Source: an uncultured Thermodesulfobacteriota bacterium
GTDB lineage: Bacteria > Desulfobacterota > BSN033 > WVXP01
Length of the DNA stretch: 64,000 bases
NCBI GenBank assembly: GCA_964348185.1
Contig: CAYGBW010000093.1
Span: forward strand, 7,963-71,962
Direction: 5' to 3'
Position numbers and translations under genes: made by a program. The notes under the pieces were generated by a model, which worked only from the letters and a program-made list of their open reading frames with translations, did not search any database and was not told where the DNA came from. Position 1 is the first letter of the stretch. Each line of letters opens with the position of its first letter. Below, one piece after another: positions 49,841 through 59,761 of this stretch.

Positions 49841-50655
49841 AAGCCTTTCTACGCCTTGTGCCGTTCATTCTCTCTGTTGCCATCCTCTGGGGCTGCTCTC
49901 TCGTCAGACATCCCCCCTCTCGACCGTCGATTCAGGCTCCTCAGCTACTAGAGAGAATGCGTGCGTCAAACGAAGGGATGAGATCCGTACGCGGCGTTGC
50001 GCGAATCGAACTGGTCTACCAGGGGGAAAAGGTCCGGACTCGACAGGCAATCGCCCTTGCGAAACCAGGAATGATGCGGCTGGAAACACTGAGTTTTCTC
50101 AACCAACCGCTCTTGATCCTGGCCACGGACGGTGTGACCCTGCAGGCCATCTCCCTGTCCGAGAATCGATTTTACAGGGGGACTGTTTCAACGGGTCTCA
50201 ATCAGCTCACCCGTCTGGGGATGATGAGCAGCGAAGATCTTGTCTCCCTCATCCTGGGGGAAATTCCCCCCGATGGGGATGGCGCTCTCCGGTATGATTC
50301 GCGCCGAAACCTCTATGAGCTTACCTTTCCCCCCTCGATGAGATGGGAAACCCAGACCTTCTGGATTCACCCAGAGACGCTGAAGGTGGTAGAGGCGTCA
50401 AAAACCGACATCTTCACGAGGGAAGAGACCCGAGTCTCTTACAACAAATTCAGAAAGACAGACTCCGTGATCTTTCCGACCGAAATTGAGATCGAGGCTC
50501 CTGGAGAGAACAGCCGGATAGGGCTCAGTTTTCGAAAGATCGAGATCAATCCCCCCCTGCCTCTGGATCTTTTCAGACTCTCCATCCCTCCAGGGGTTGA
50601 GGTGGTGGAAATGGAGGATCCCACCGGGTTGTTTCCTCCCGCCCTTTCGGAGTAG
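49837..50655 (+). CDS. LolB-like/DUF4292-type outer-membrane lipoprotein
   Basis: Lipobox ILWGCS, 272 aa, translationally coupled to the TPR gene (ATGA overlap). Confidence 0.5.
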   Translation: MKAFLRLVPFILSVAILWGCSLVRHPPSRPSIQAPQLLERMRASNEGMRSVRGVARIELVYQGEKVRTRQAIALAKPGMMRLETLSFLNQPLLILATDGVTLQAISLSENRFYRGTVSTGLNQLTRLGMMSSEDLVSLILGEIPPDGDGALRYDSRRNLYELTFPPSMRWETQTFWIHPETLKVVEASKTDIFTREETRVSYNKFRKTDSVIFPTEIEIEAPGENSRIGLSFRKIEINPPLPLDLFRLSIPPGVEVVEMEDPTGLFPPALSE

Positions 50656-50694
50656 GGACACCACAACGTGTCAGGGACGACCGTGCAAGGGAGC

Positions 50695-50934
50695 TCATCC
50701 CCCGGCAACGGGAGGAAAAATGCTGAGGATGTCCCCGTCCTTTAACAGATCCTCTTCTTTTCCGTGAATGCCATTAATGAGAATGATCTTTGGATGATCT
50801 GTGGGGATCCCCAGGTTTCGAAGGATGTCAGTCACCCGTTCCGAACCGTTGACCGTTACCTTGCACGAGAACCTGTCACTCCCCTCTGGAAGATAATCTC
50901 GAAAATTGGCGAAAAGCTTCACTTCGATTTTCAT
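50695..50934 (-). CDS. MoaD/ThiS-family sulfur-carrier protein (C-terminal GG)
   Basis: MKIEVKLFANFRDYLP...ILINGIHGKEEDLLKDGDILSIFPPVAGG ends in Gly-Gly. Confidence 0.7.
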   Translation of the reverse strand: MKIEVKLFANFRDYLPEGSDRFSCKVTVNGSERVTDILRNLGIPTDHPKIILINGIHGKEEDLLKDGDILSIFPPVAGG

Positions 50935-51448
50935 AGCGTCTCCGTTGGTATATCCAGCTTTCTTGGTGGCACCGGCCAGAATGACTTTTCTTGTCACAAA
51001 AGCCCTCAAGCACCTCAGTGATTATATCGGCAATTCTTTACGAGATCAATGGTCGGTGAGATACGACGCAGTAACCCATTGTCAAATTAGAAGCCGATCA
51101 TTCGTTTACGACGACTCCAATGTAAATGCTGGAATGACAAATGACAAAGCTCAAATGACCAATAGCGATAGATGATTAGCTGAGCTGTTGAGTTAGCGAT
51201 TGGCCAAACTACCTAACCGTATGATTCTTACTGCGATTTCAGAGTTTTGAGATTTAGGCATTGGGATTTGACATTTGGGTTTTCACATTTGAAATGACTT
51301 CTTCGACACCTCAGAGGGATTTGGGCAAAAGACCGTTAAAAAGAAGCGAGAAGTCAGGAAACTCCCTATCTCCATTCCTTGACAAAGCTCATGAGTTCCA
51401 TTAGGTTGAACCTGCCAGGGGCAGTTAACTTTTCCTCAAACTCGTTTT

Positions 51449-52018
51449 TTGGGTGGAGCAGAGTCTATGACAAGCAAACCAAAGGAGAAATCCCTCGGGA
51501 CAAGAATAGGTCGTCTGAGGAGGGGAAAAAACCTTTCCCTTCAGGATCTTGCCAATGAAACGGGGTTGACCGCTGAGTTCATAGGGAATGTCGAAGCCGG
51601 AAGGGTGCTACCCCCGGTGGCGGTTCTCATTCGGATCTCAAAGGCCCTTTCTGTCGATGCAGGCTCCCTTTTATCGGAAGAAGAAGAGAGAGTCGCCGCA
51701 GAGAAGAGGCGGCGGAGGTTCATCAGGCGGACCCAGGAATACGCCTATCAGGTCCTGACTCCTGGCGCTGAGACGAAACACCTGAAGGCCTTTCTGGTTA
51801 CCATTGATCCAATGAAAGAACACAAAATGGTCGAATACGCCCACGAAGGGGAAGAGTTCATTTACGTCCTAGAGGGCAGAGTGGAAGTATTGGTCGGTGA
51901 AAACTCAAATATCCTGAAACGGGAGCAAACCCTCCACTTCGACTCAGCCGTTGTCCACAAACTCAGAAATCTCGGCAAAGTCCCGGCCAAACTGATCGTT
52001 GTGATTTATACACCCTGA
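51449..52018 (+). CDS. XRE-family HTH transcriptional regulator with C-terminal cupin domain
   Basis: HTH LSLQDLANETGLTAEFIGNVEAGR, then a cupin (GEEFIYVLEGRVEVLVG...HFDSAVVHKLRNLG). Confidence 0.8.
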   Translation: MGGAESMTSKPKEKSLGTRIGRLRRGKNLSLQDLANETGLTAEFIGNVEAGRVLPPVAVLIRISKALSVDAGSLLSEEEERVAAEKRRRRFIRRTQEYAYQVLTPGAETKHLKAFLVTIDPMKEHKMVEYAHEGEEFIYVLEGRVEVLVGENSNILKREQTLHFDSAVVHKLRNLGKVPAKLIVVIYTP

Positions 52019-52092
52019 GGACAGGAGTCAGAAGCCAGAATGGAAGGGAAGCAAGCAAGGGCCTTTCAAAGTCTGATATGAGTATTGCTTAT

Positions 52093-52380
52093 CTATTCAG
52101 ACTCCTGGCTTCTGACTCCTGTCCCCTCGATTTTGAAATCCTTCCTCAGGTCTCCGATGAGAGCCTTTGCCCTCTCCACAAACTCCTTTGGGACCATGAC
52201 GGTAGCCCAACCCTTCTGAGTGATGAACAGGCCATCGTAGGCTGTATCAGAATACCTGCGGATCAGGAAGGGTACCCCTTCTCTTTCAAGGGCCTGGGAG
52301 ACTCTATCCTCCTCAAATCGATCCTCCAGGGTACCGACTTTGAACATTTTCCAATGCTGGGTGTTCGGATTATCGGCCAT
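52093..52380 (-). CDS. Small DUF2007-like hypothetical protein
   Basis: About 95 aa from MADNPNTQHWKMFKVG. Weak family resemblance only. Confidence 0.35.
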   Translation of the reverse strand: MADNPNTQHWKMFKVGTLEDRFEEDRVSQALEREGVPFLIRRYSDTAYDGLFITQKGWATVMVPKEFVERAKALIGDLRKDFKIEGTGVRSQESE

Positions 52381-53050
52381 GGTCCTCTCTTTCCTCTGAG
52401 GGGGAATCAGCCGACGGGCCGGGCTCTTCACGCTCGAGAGCAGCCAACCGCTCTGCCGCCCTCCTGGCATGGTACGTCCCCGGGTATAGCCTGATCACCG
52501 CCTGAAACTCCCTGATGGCATCCTCCCTATGGAGGTTGTTCCAGTATCCCGAGAATTCGTTGTTAAAGACCTCCCCCTTTCTAAACTGGGCATCCGCAGC
52601 CAGATTCGACCCAGGATAGGATGCGATGATCTGATCGTAGATCCCAATCGCTCGGCTGAGGGCCGGAGGAATCTCCTCGTCTCCCCCAAACTGCCCATAT
52701 TCCCAGAGGGAATTGAGGTAAAGCTCGGCGAGCCCGAAGTTAAAATCGATAAACTCCTTGAAGCGTGACCTCTCACCCTGGGTCAACTGAATCGCTCTCT
52801 GATAGGCGCGTTCACACGCGTAGAAATTCCGTGTCCTTTCGCATGCTTTGATATACGCTTTCAGCTGACTCACATTCATGGCCTCGATGTTTCTCTTCCC
52901 AAGGGTCGGCTCTAAATCCACCGATCCCGGTTCCCCGATCTCAGGTCTCTCCGGGTACTGCCGCACGAGCCCTACCCATAGACCGATGAACACCAGAGAG
53001 ACGGCCAAAAGACCCGAGATACCCCATTTGAGGGTTTTTGTGGTTCCCAT
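52370..53050 (-). CDS. Membrane-anchored hypothetical protein
   Basis: N-terminal TM (LKWGISGLLAVSLVFIGLWVGLV), then a soluble helical domain. Confidence 0.45.
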   Translation of the reverse strand: MGTTKTLKWGISGLLAVSLVFIGLWVGLVRQYPERPEIGEPGSVDLEPTLGKRNIEAMNVSQLKAYIKACERTRNFYACERAYQRAIQLTQGERSRFKEFIDFNFGLAELYLNSLWEYGQFGGDEEIPPALSRAIGIYDQIIASYPGSNLAADAQFRKGEVFNNEFSGYWNNLHREDAIREFQAVIRLYPGTYHARRAAERLAALEREEPGPSADSPSEEREDHGR

Positions 53051-53469
53051 GGGCCACTCAACAATTACGCATGTCTCGATCTGCCTGAGGCCGTTTCCGT
53101 CAAAGGAATTTCCTCCTAGTCTAACAGATCTTTCTGGCTTTTCATAGGCCTGTCTCTTGTCGTTCCCTTGGTGGGAAGCCTCCGACGATGCCGATCGTTC
53201 AAGGGGGACTTTTCAGACTCAGCGTATTCAGCCTGCCCTTCAAACGCTCTCTCGTTTCCAACCGCGAATAAGGTCTGTTGTGCGTATGCACGCAAATCAT
53301 GGGATCAGGTATGAGTGCCTTGATCTCTTCCAACGGTTTTCCTGAGCTTGATGGTCCTAATGCCCGCGCAAGGGACTAGGGACAGGAACCTCAAGCATTC
53401 GACTTCACCTCCTCAAGCCCTGCCAACCTCCCGTCCTGTTTGTCGAGGGATGAGAGACAGAGACACGTC

Positions 53470-53497
53470 TTGACAACCCTTACTGCTTGTCTATAAC
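53470..53497 (+). promoter_or_regulatory. Candidate sigma-70 promoter: TTGACA (53470-53475), 16-nt spacer, TATAAC (53492-53497)
   Basis: Hexamers read directly. Implies a ~240-nt leader before the aminotransferase ATG at 53743. Confidence 0.35.
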
Positions 53498-53742
53498 CTA
53501 AGGAGAACCGAGGATTGAGCGATCCCCTGTCACCATGGCTTGCCTTGAGCCGATCTCATGAAACAGCGGCTTCGTCTAGAGGAAAATGACAACCCCCAAA
53601 AAGCTGGCCAAGGATTTCGAGCTCTGATAGCAATTCCAAAAGCTGTGGCCATTTCCGTTCGAGAGGCAATGAGGTTGGCTGCGACCTCTTTAGCTACCAT
53701 TCAGACGCAGCTTACACCATGTTTGGCAAAGGAGGAGGCCGA

Positions 53743-54906
53743 ATGAGAGAACATGCACTCTTTAATATGTCCGCTGGACCGATCGAGGGCACACCGAGAA
53801 CGTTGCGGGCTCTTTCCCGCCAGATTATGTACCATTACGATCCCGAGTTTGCGGATATTTTTGATGATACAACAGAGAAACTGAAGAAGCTTTTCAAAAC
53901 CAGAAATGACGTGATCATCATGCAGGGAGAAGCGCTCCTTGGACTTGAAGCGGCTGCCTTTTGCACGATTAATGAGGGGGACAAATGCCTCAATTTGGTT
54001 TCCGGTGTGTACGGGGATCTCTATGCCTGGTATATCAAATCCTTTGGTGGAGAACTTCTGGAGGTACGAACTGACTACAACAAGGCCATCGACCCTGCAG
54101 ACGTCGAGAAAGCCTTCAAGGACAATCCGGACATCAAGATCATGTCAGTCGTTCACTGCGAAACCCCTTCTGGGACTCTCAATCCAATCAAGGAGATTTG
54201 CCAGATTGCCAAAAAATACGGCGCCCTCACCATTGTGGATGCGGTTTCGTCTATGGGTAGCGTCGATGTTGAAACCGACCAGTGGAGGCTTGACATCTGC
54301 GTTGTGGGACCCCAGAAATGTATTGCCTCGTCACCTGGGCTGGCACTCGTCTCCATTAGCGAGGAGGCCTGGGAAAAGATGCGGAAAAAGAAAAACCCGG
54401 TGCGTTATTCTTATCTGAGCATGCTCGACATGAAAGAACAGTGGCTGGTCGAAAAGGAGAAAAGAAAGTTTCCCTTTACCATTTTTACCTCCGAGGTTGT
54501 CGCACTCAATGAAGCATTGAACCAGTTGTTTGAAGAGGGCCCAAACGCTGTGATTGCCAGACATCAATCGGCTGCAAGGATGTGCCGCGAGGGTGTGAAG
54601 GGAATGGGGTTGCGACTTTGGGCCGACTCAGAGGATATCTGTGCGACGTGCGCAACGGCCATCAAATCGCCAGAGGGATTGGACGATGCCAAACTGAGGC
54701 GCCACATGTACGATAATTACAGGATTTTGATTTCAGGAGGGTTCGGCGAGCTGAACGGGAAGCTTTTTCGCATTGGTCACATGGGTAAAATGGCCCAGCC
54801 TGTCTACGTGGCTGCAGCTCTGGCAATGTTAGAGAAATCCTTGAAGGACATGGGATACCCCGTTAAGCTGGGAAGCGGTGTGGGGGCGGCCCTTGAGGTG
54901 ATTTGA
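53743..54906 (+). CDS. Class V pyridoxal-phosphate aminotransferase (serine-pyruvate / alanine-glyoxylate type)
   Basis: MSAGPIEGTPRTL N-terminus, GPQKCIASSPGLALVSIS lysine region, 387 aa. Confidence 0.8.
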   Translation: MREHALFNMSAGPIEGTPRTLRALSRQIMYHYDPEFADIFDDTTEKLKKLFKTRNDVIIMQGEALLGLEAAAFCTINEGDKCLNLVSGVYGDLYAWYIKSFGGELLEVRTDYNKAIDPADVEKAFKDNPDIKIMSVVHCETPSGTLNPIKEICQIAKKYGALTIVDAVSSMGSVDVETDQWRLDICVVGPQKCIASSPGLALVSISEEAWEKMRKKKNPVRYSYLSMLDMKEQWLVEKEKRKFPFTIFTSEVVALNEALNQLFEEGPNAVIARHQSAARMCREGVKGMGLRLWADSEDICATCATAIKSPEGLDDAKLRRHMYDNYRILISGGFGELNGKLFRIGHMGKMAQPVYVAAALAMLEKSLKDMGYPVKLGSGVGAALEVI

Positions 54907-54955
54907 TCCCTCTCAAGAAGGCGACTATGCTGAGTTTTGCGAGGGAGAAAGGGAA

Positions 54956-56518
54956 GTGCTGGACACGGGGGGTGGTGAGGAGACCGTGAATTCCGAATAC
55001 CTAGTGGAGATGGAAGGGGTCACCAAGAGATTCCCGGGTATCCTAGCCAATGACCACATCGATTTCAATCTAAGAAAAGGGGAGATTCATACGCTTCTGG
55101 GAGAAAACGGCGCGGGCAAGACCACCCTGATGAACATTCTTTCTGGTATGGTTCAACCCGATGAAGGGGCAATCTTCGTCAAAGGCAGACCAGCCTACAT
55201 CCGTTCTCCCCATGATGCCCTTGCTCTGGGCATTGGGATGGTATATCAGCATTTCACGTTGGTTCCCACCCTATCGGTTGTCGAGAATGTTGTCTTGGGT
55301 CATGAATCCCGTCTCTTTTTAGACCTTGTCGAGGCCGAAAGGCGGTTAAAAGAAATCATGTTGGAAACGGGTCTGAGCGTTGATCCCCATGCCAGAGTCT
55401 GGCATCTCTCCGTGGGCGAGCAACAGCGCGTGGAGATCATCAAGGTTCTCTATCGGGGTTCTGAGATCCTGGTTCTAGACGAGCCTACCTCAGTTCTCAC
55501 ACCCCTTGAGGCAGAAGAGCTTTTCAAGATCCTGAAAAAACTCATCCCCATGGAAAAGTCGGTGATCTTCATTACCCACAAATTGGAAGAGGCAGTTCGG
55601 ATCAGTGATCGCATTACCGTGCTAAGACGAGGGAGAAAGGTCGAAGAGCTCGAGCTTCAAGGGTTGAAAGAAACCGATGCCCAAAGGGGCGTGGATCACA
55701 TTATCCAAGCGATGTTCGGATCGATTGAGGTTCCCCATACCGTCAGGAAGTCCAGAGACATGTCCGGAGAAACGGTTTTGAGGGTCAGGGAACTTACCGT
55801 AGAGAATGACAAGGGTTTTGACGCTCTTCGTGGTCTGTCATTGACGCTAAGGTTAGGAGAAATACTTGGGATTGCCGGTGTCGAGGGAAATGGACAGAAG
55901 GAGCTTGCGGAAGCGATTGCGGGCAAACGGAGAATCAAGACAGGAGAGGTTGAGTTGAAGGGAACCTCCACCGCCCGTAGACGGGTCGGATGGGCTTCAA
56001 AAATGGGCGTCTCCTACGTGACTGATGATCGGATGGGAGAGGGCTGTGTGGGAAACCTAAGCCTGGCAGAAAACATGATTCTCAAGAATTTTCACGAAGA
56101 GCCCTTTTCAAAGCACCATTTCATCAATCCCAGATCGATTGCCCAGCACTCCTCCAGGCTCATGGAAGAATTCAATATCAAGGCCCCTGACCCATGGACC
56201 GCGGTCAACACGCTTTCCGGGGGTAACATCCAGAAGCTTCTTTTGGCCAGGGAACTATCAACGCATCCGCAGGTCCTGGTATGCTGCAATCCCACGCACG
56301 GACTGGACGCCATGACAACCCGGTTCATTCGAAATCGCATTCATGCTGAAACGCGGCGGGGAACAGCCGTGATTCTAATCTCATCGGACCTGGATGAGAT
56401 ACTCGAGCTGAGCGATCGGGTGGGAGTACTCTTCAGGGGAGAGATCCTTGCCGTCTTTCCGGCAGATGAGGTTAAGAGGGAAGAGGTCGGAAAACTCATG
56501 TTGGGCATTCGGAACTGA
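54956..56518 (+). CDS. ABC transporter ATP-binding protein with tandem ABC domains (BMP/sugar-type importer)
   Basis: GENGAGKTTLMN Walker A, LSVGEQQRVEI signature, second domain LSGGNIQKLLLAREL. Confidence 0.85.
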   Translation: MLDTGGGEETVNSEYLVEMEGVTKRFPGILANDHIDFNLRKGEIHTLLGENGAGKTTLMNILSGMVQPDEGAIFVKGRPAYIRSPHDALALGIGMVYQHFTLVPTLSVVENVVLGHESRLFLDLVEAERRLKEIMLETGLSVDPHARVWHLSVGEQQRVEIIKVLYRGSEILVLDEPTSVLTPLEAEELFKILKKLIPMEKSVIFITHKLEEAVRISDRITVLRRGRKVEELELQGLKETDAQRGVDHIIQAMFGSIEVPHTVRKSRDMSGETVLRVRELTVENDKGFDALRGLSLTLRLGEILGIAGVEGNGQKELAEAIAGKRRIKTGEVELKGTSTARRRVGWASKMGVSYVTDDRMGEGCVGNLSLAENMILKNFHEEPFSKHHFINPRSIAQHSSRLMEEFNIKAPDPWTAVNTLSGGNIQKLLLARELSTHPQVLVCCNPTHGLDAMTTRFIRNRIHAETRRGTAVILISSDLDEILELSDRVGVLFRGEILAVFPADEVKREEVGKLMLGIRN

Positions 56519-56519
56519 G

Positions 56520-57569
56520 ATGATACAGATCGGTCGATATCTCCCAGCCATGAGTTCAGGTCTGGCCGTTCTGGCTGCTCTGGCGACGGGGTCGGTCATC
56601 TTACTGACTGTCGGCTTAAGTCCGACCCGGGTCTATTATGAGCTTTTCTCGAGGGGTATGGCCACGCACCTGGGTATCACTGAGACCCTGATCAAGATGG
56701 CGCCGATCCTTATGGTGAGTGCTGGACTCATCCTGGCCTTCAAAGCCGGGTTGTGGAACATCGGAATTGAGGGCCAGTTCCTCGTTGGCGCCATCCTGGT
56801 AGGATGGGCGGCCCCGACCCTGATCAGAACGCTTCCCCATGCCATGGCTCTTTTGATCCTCGGTTTCGTGGGATTTCTCGGTGGACTCCTCTGGGCTGTG
56901 ATACCTGCGGTTCTTAAGGCCAGGTGGGGTCTGAACGAAATCATAACCACCCTGATGATGAATTTTGTTGGGCTCAATCTAACCACATGGCTGGTCAAAG
57001 GACCTCTGAAGGACCCGACTGTAGTCCCCCCTCAGACCCCTGTCATACCTATCGAGGGGAGGTTGCCCTTTATCCCCTTTACCCGGATTCACGTCGGTCT
57101 GGTTGCTGGACTCATTTGCATCGTTGCGATCTACATCATTGTCAAGAGGACAACCTTTGGCTTCCAACTCAGGGTCCTGGGTGAGAATCGGAAGGCAGCC
57201 ATCCACAGCAACATCAATGTGAGCCATGTGACGATCCTTGTCCTTCTCATCAGTGGTGGATTTGCTGGCCTGGCCGGGGCCAACGATGTTCTGGGGGTCA
57301 AAGGGCTCTTTCAGGCAGAATGGAACCCAGGATACGGTTTTGCATCGATCCCCCTGGTCTGCCTGGCCAATTTCAACGGTCTTGCCGTCATTCCCTTCTC
57401 CTATTTTTTCTCTTTCTTGATTGTCGGGGGGGAGTTGATGTCACGGGCAGCCGGGGTGCCGGTCTTCTTCGTTCAAGCGATTGAGGGATTGATGTTCTTG
57501 TATTTCGCAGCGGGCGAGTATTTTCGAAAAAGAAAGAGTGGGGTCCATGGGGCTTTTACCTTTTCTTGA
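56520..57569 (+). CDS. ABC transporter permease (BMP-system)
   Basis: Polytopic. Start MIQIGRYLPAMSSGLAVLAALATG chosen immediately after the ATPase stop. Confidence 0.8.
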   Translation: MIQIGRYLPAMSSGLAVLAALATGSVILLTVGLSPTRVYYELFSRGMATHLGITETLIKMAPILMVSAGLILAFKAGLWNIGIEGQFLVGAILVGWAAPTLIRTLPHAMALLILGFVGFLGGLLWAVIPAVLKARWGLNEIITTLMMNFVGLNLTTWLVKGPLKDPTVVPPQTPVIPIEGRLPFIPFTRIHVGLVAGLICIVAIYIIVKRTTFGFQLRVLGENRKAAIHSNINVSHVTILVLLISGGFAGLAGANDVLGVKGLFQAEWNPGYGFASIPLVCLANFNGLAVIPFSYFFSFLIVGGELMSRAAGVPVFFVQAIEGLMFLYFAAGEYFRKRKSGVHGAFTFS

Positions 57570-58491
57570 TGAGGCTTTTTTTGTCGTTCTGTTGGGAACG
57601 AGCCTGAGGGCCTCGACACCCTTACTTTTGGCAGCCCTGGGGGAGACCTACGCCGAGAGTTCAGGTATTTTGAATCTGGGTATCGAAGGCATGATGCTCT
57701 CGGGAGCCTTTGGGGGATTTGTGGTCGCCTTGTTCACGGAGAGCATCCTCTGTGGATTTATTGCGGGAGTCTTGATTGGGCTTGTTCTCGCCCTCCTCAC
57801 CGGTTTTCTCACCATCACCCTTGGGGTGAATCAGATTGCCGTGGGGTTGGGGATCACGATCTTCGGTTCAGGAATGACGAGCTTCCTTTTTCGAATTCTC
57901 TTTGGAACCCGATTTCCCACGCTCTCTGTCATGGCGACAAAAATGAGAATTCCCCTGCTCACAGATATTCCGTACTTCGGTGAAGCCATTTTTAACCAGC
58001 ATCTTGTGGTCTATATTGCCCTGGTTCTCATTCCGACCCTTCACATCCTTCTCTACCGAACCCATTTTGGCCTCAAGATCAGAGCGGTCGGAGAGAATCC
58101 AGTTTCTGCTGATGCAGCCGGTATCAATGTCGCCCGGGTCAGACATATCTGTCTTCTCATCGGAGGCCTGCTCTCAGGTCTCGGTGGAGCATTCCTGGCT
58201 ATTGGTGATCTCTCCTTTTTCGTGAACAACATGACTCTGGGCCGGGGATTCATCGCCATTGCCATCGTCATGCTGGGGAAATGGAACCCTTACTGGGTTC
58301 TTCTTGGAGCTATCCTGTTTGGTGTTACCCAGTCTCTCTCCTCAGGGCTCCAGGTTCTGGGGGTGGACGTTAGACCTGAGTTTATTCTCATGTTGCCCTA
58401 TGTTGCTGTCGTCATCGCTCTTGTCTTCATTGCCAGAAACACCTTCTTGCCTTCAGCTCTGGGAGTCCCCTATCGAAGGGGAGAAGGATAG
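57538..58491 (+). CDS. ABC transporter permease (second subunit)
   Basis: Polytopic 317-aa membrane protein overlapping the previous permease. Confidence 0.8.
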   Translation: MGSMGLLPFLDEAFFVVLLGTSLRASTPLLLAALGETYAESSGILNLGIEGMMLSGAFGGFVVALFTESILCGFIAGVLIGLVLALLTGFLTITLGVNQIAVGLGITIFGSGMTSFLFRILFGTRFPTLSVMATKMRIPLLTDIPYFGEAIFNQHLVVYIALVLIPTLHILLYRTHFGLKIRAVGENPVSADAAGINVARVRHICLLIGGLLSGLGGAFLAIGDLSFFVNNMTLGRGFIAIAIVMLGKWNPYWVLLGAILFGVTQSLSSGLQVLGVDVRPEFILMLPYVAVVIALVFIARNTFLPSALGVPYRRGEG

Positions 58492-58550
58492 AGGGGAACC
58501 CAAGGAAATCACACCATCATCCAATGTGATGAGAGAGGGAGGGAAAAGGA

Positions 58551-59606
58551 ATGAGAGGGACAATCTTTCGAGTTCTTTTATTGGGAGCATTACTTCTGGG
58601 ACTGCCTCTTGTAGCAAGGTCTGGGCCACCCGAGACCCCCTGCGGTGGCCCTCTGCGAGTGGCAATCATCCTACCTGCCAGCAGGGCAGATCAGGGATGG
58701 AACCAGCAGGGGGCGGATTCACTGGAATCCTTGAAGAAGAAGTGGTCGCTCAGAACGGAGATTGCTGAAAACCAGGGGTATGGCGATATAAAGCCTGTGA
58801 TTAGGGATTTGGCTGACAAGGGGTTCGATCTCATTATTGCCCACGCCAGCGGTTATCAGACGGTGGCTCCAGAAGTTGCCGCTGAGAAGGCTGTCCGGGT
58901 TGCTACCATCGAAAATGCAAAAGCCGTGAAACGCGGCCTGGTCTCAGACATTGACACAGAAGCTCAAGGAGCAGCCTACTTGGCGGGAGTCGCCGCGGGC
59001 AAGATGACCCGGAGAGGAATTGTGGGAATTATTGTCTCGGCAGAGCCTCCCACCTGGAACCGCATGAGTGCAGGTTTTATGGAGGGCCTTTACGCTGTAA
59101 GACCCGATGCCAGACTGCTTTACAACGTTATTGGCGATGCGGCCTATGAAGATGCGGCAGGAGGCAAGCGGAATGCTGAGGTCCAGATCGCCGCTGGAGC
59201 CGATGTTGTATTTGGACAGGGAGATGGGGCCTCCTTCGGCATCATGAATGCCTGCTCTGCAAATGAGGCAAGAGATGGAGGCAAAGTCTGGTTTATCGAT
59301 GTGATCGGTGACAAGAGAAACATTGACAAGAAAGGAATCCTTTTAACATCAGTTCTCTTTGACTACGCTCCGATCTATGAGCAGATGTTTATCAACATAT
59401 ACATGGGAACCTTTGGGCAGGAACACGTTCTGAATGTGGCCAACAACGGTGTCCGACTCATGGATTTTCATCCGGATACTCCCCAGCACGTGAAAGATGC
59501 TGTGGAAAAGGCCAGACAGGGTATCGTCTCTGGAAGAATCAAAGTGTCCAACACTCCCGACTCAGCAGGCCTGAGAGCCCTGAGGACAAGGCTATTTCCG
59601 AAGTAA
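58551..59606 (+). CDS. BMP-family (basic membrane lipoprotein) ABC substrate-binding protein
   Basis: Signal peptide. RVAIILPASRADQGWNQ and IIAHASGYQ typical of the BMP/PnrA family. Confidence 0.75.
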   Translation: MRGTIFRVLLLGALLLGLPLVARSGPPETPCGGPLRVAIILPASRADQGWNQQGADSLESLKKKWSLRTEIAENQGYGDIKPVIRDLADKGFDLIIAHASGYQTVAPEVAAEKAVRVATIENAKAVKRGLVSDIDTEAQGAAYLAGVAAGKMTRRGIVGIIVSAEPPTWNRMSAGFMEGLYAVRPDARLLYNVIGDAAYEDAAGGKRNAEVQIAAGADVVFGQGDGASFGIMNACSANEARDGGKVWFIDVIGDKRNIDKKGILLTSVLFDYAPIYEQMFINIYMGTFGQEHVLNVANNGVRLMDFHPDTPQHVKDAVEKARQGIVSGRIKVSNTPDSAGLRALRTRLFPK

Positions 59607-59761
59607 TAGTTCTCCAAGAGGGGGGAGTAAGGGGCGGCCTTTTCCGGCAGAGAATAATCATTCTAGCTTGCCTTTGAAACATGCGCAGGGGCTTCAGAGG
59701 TCGTGCTCGGGGAGTATATCAGGTCATTGAGATGGGGGGCCGGAAAAAGGGAGATTGATCG

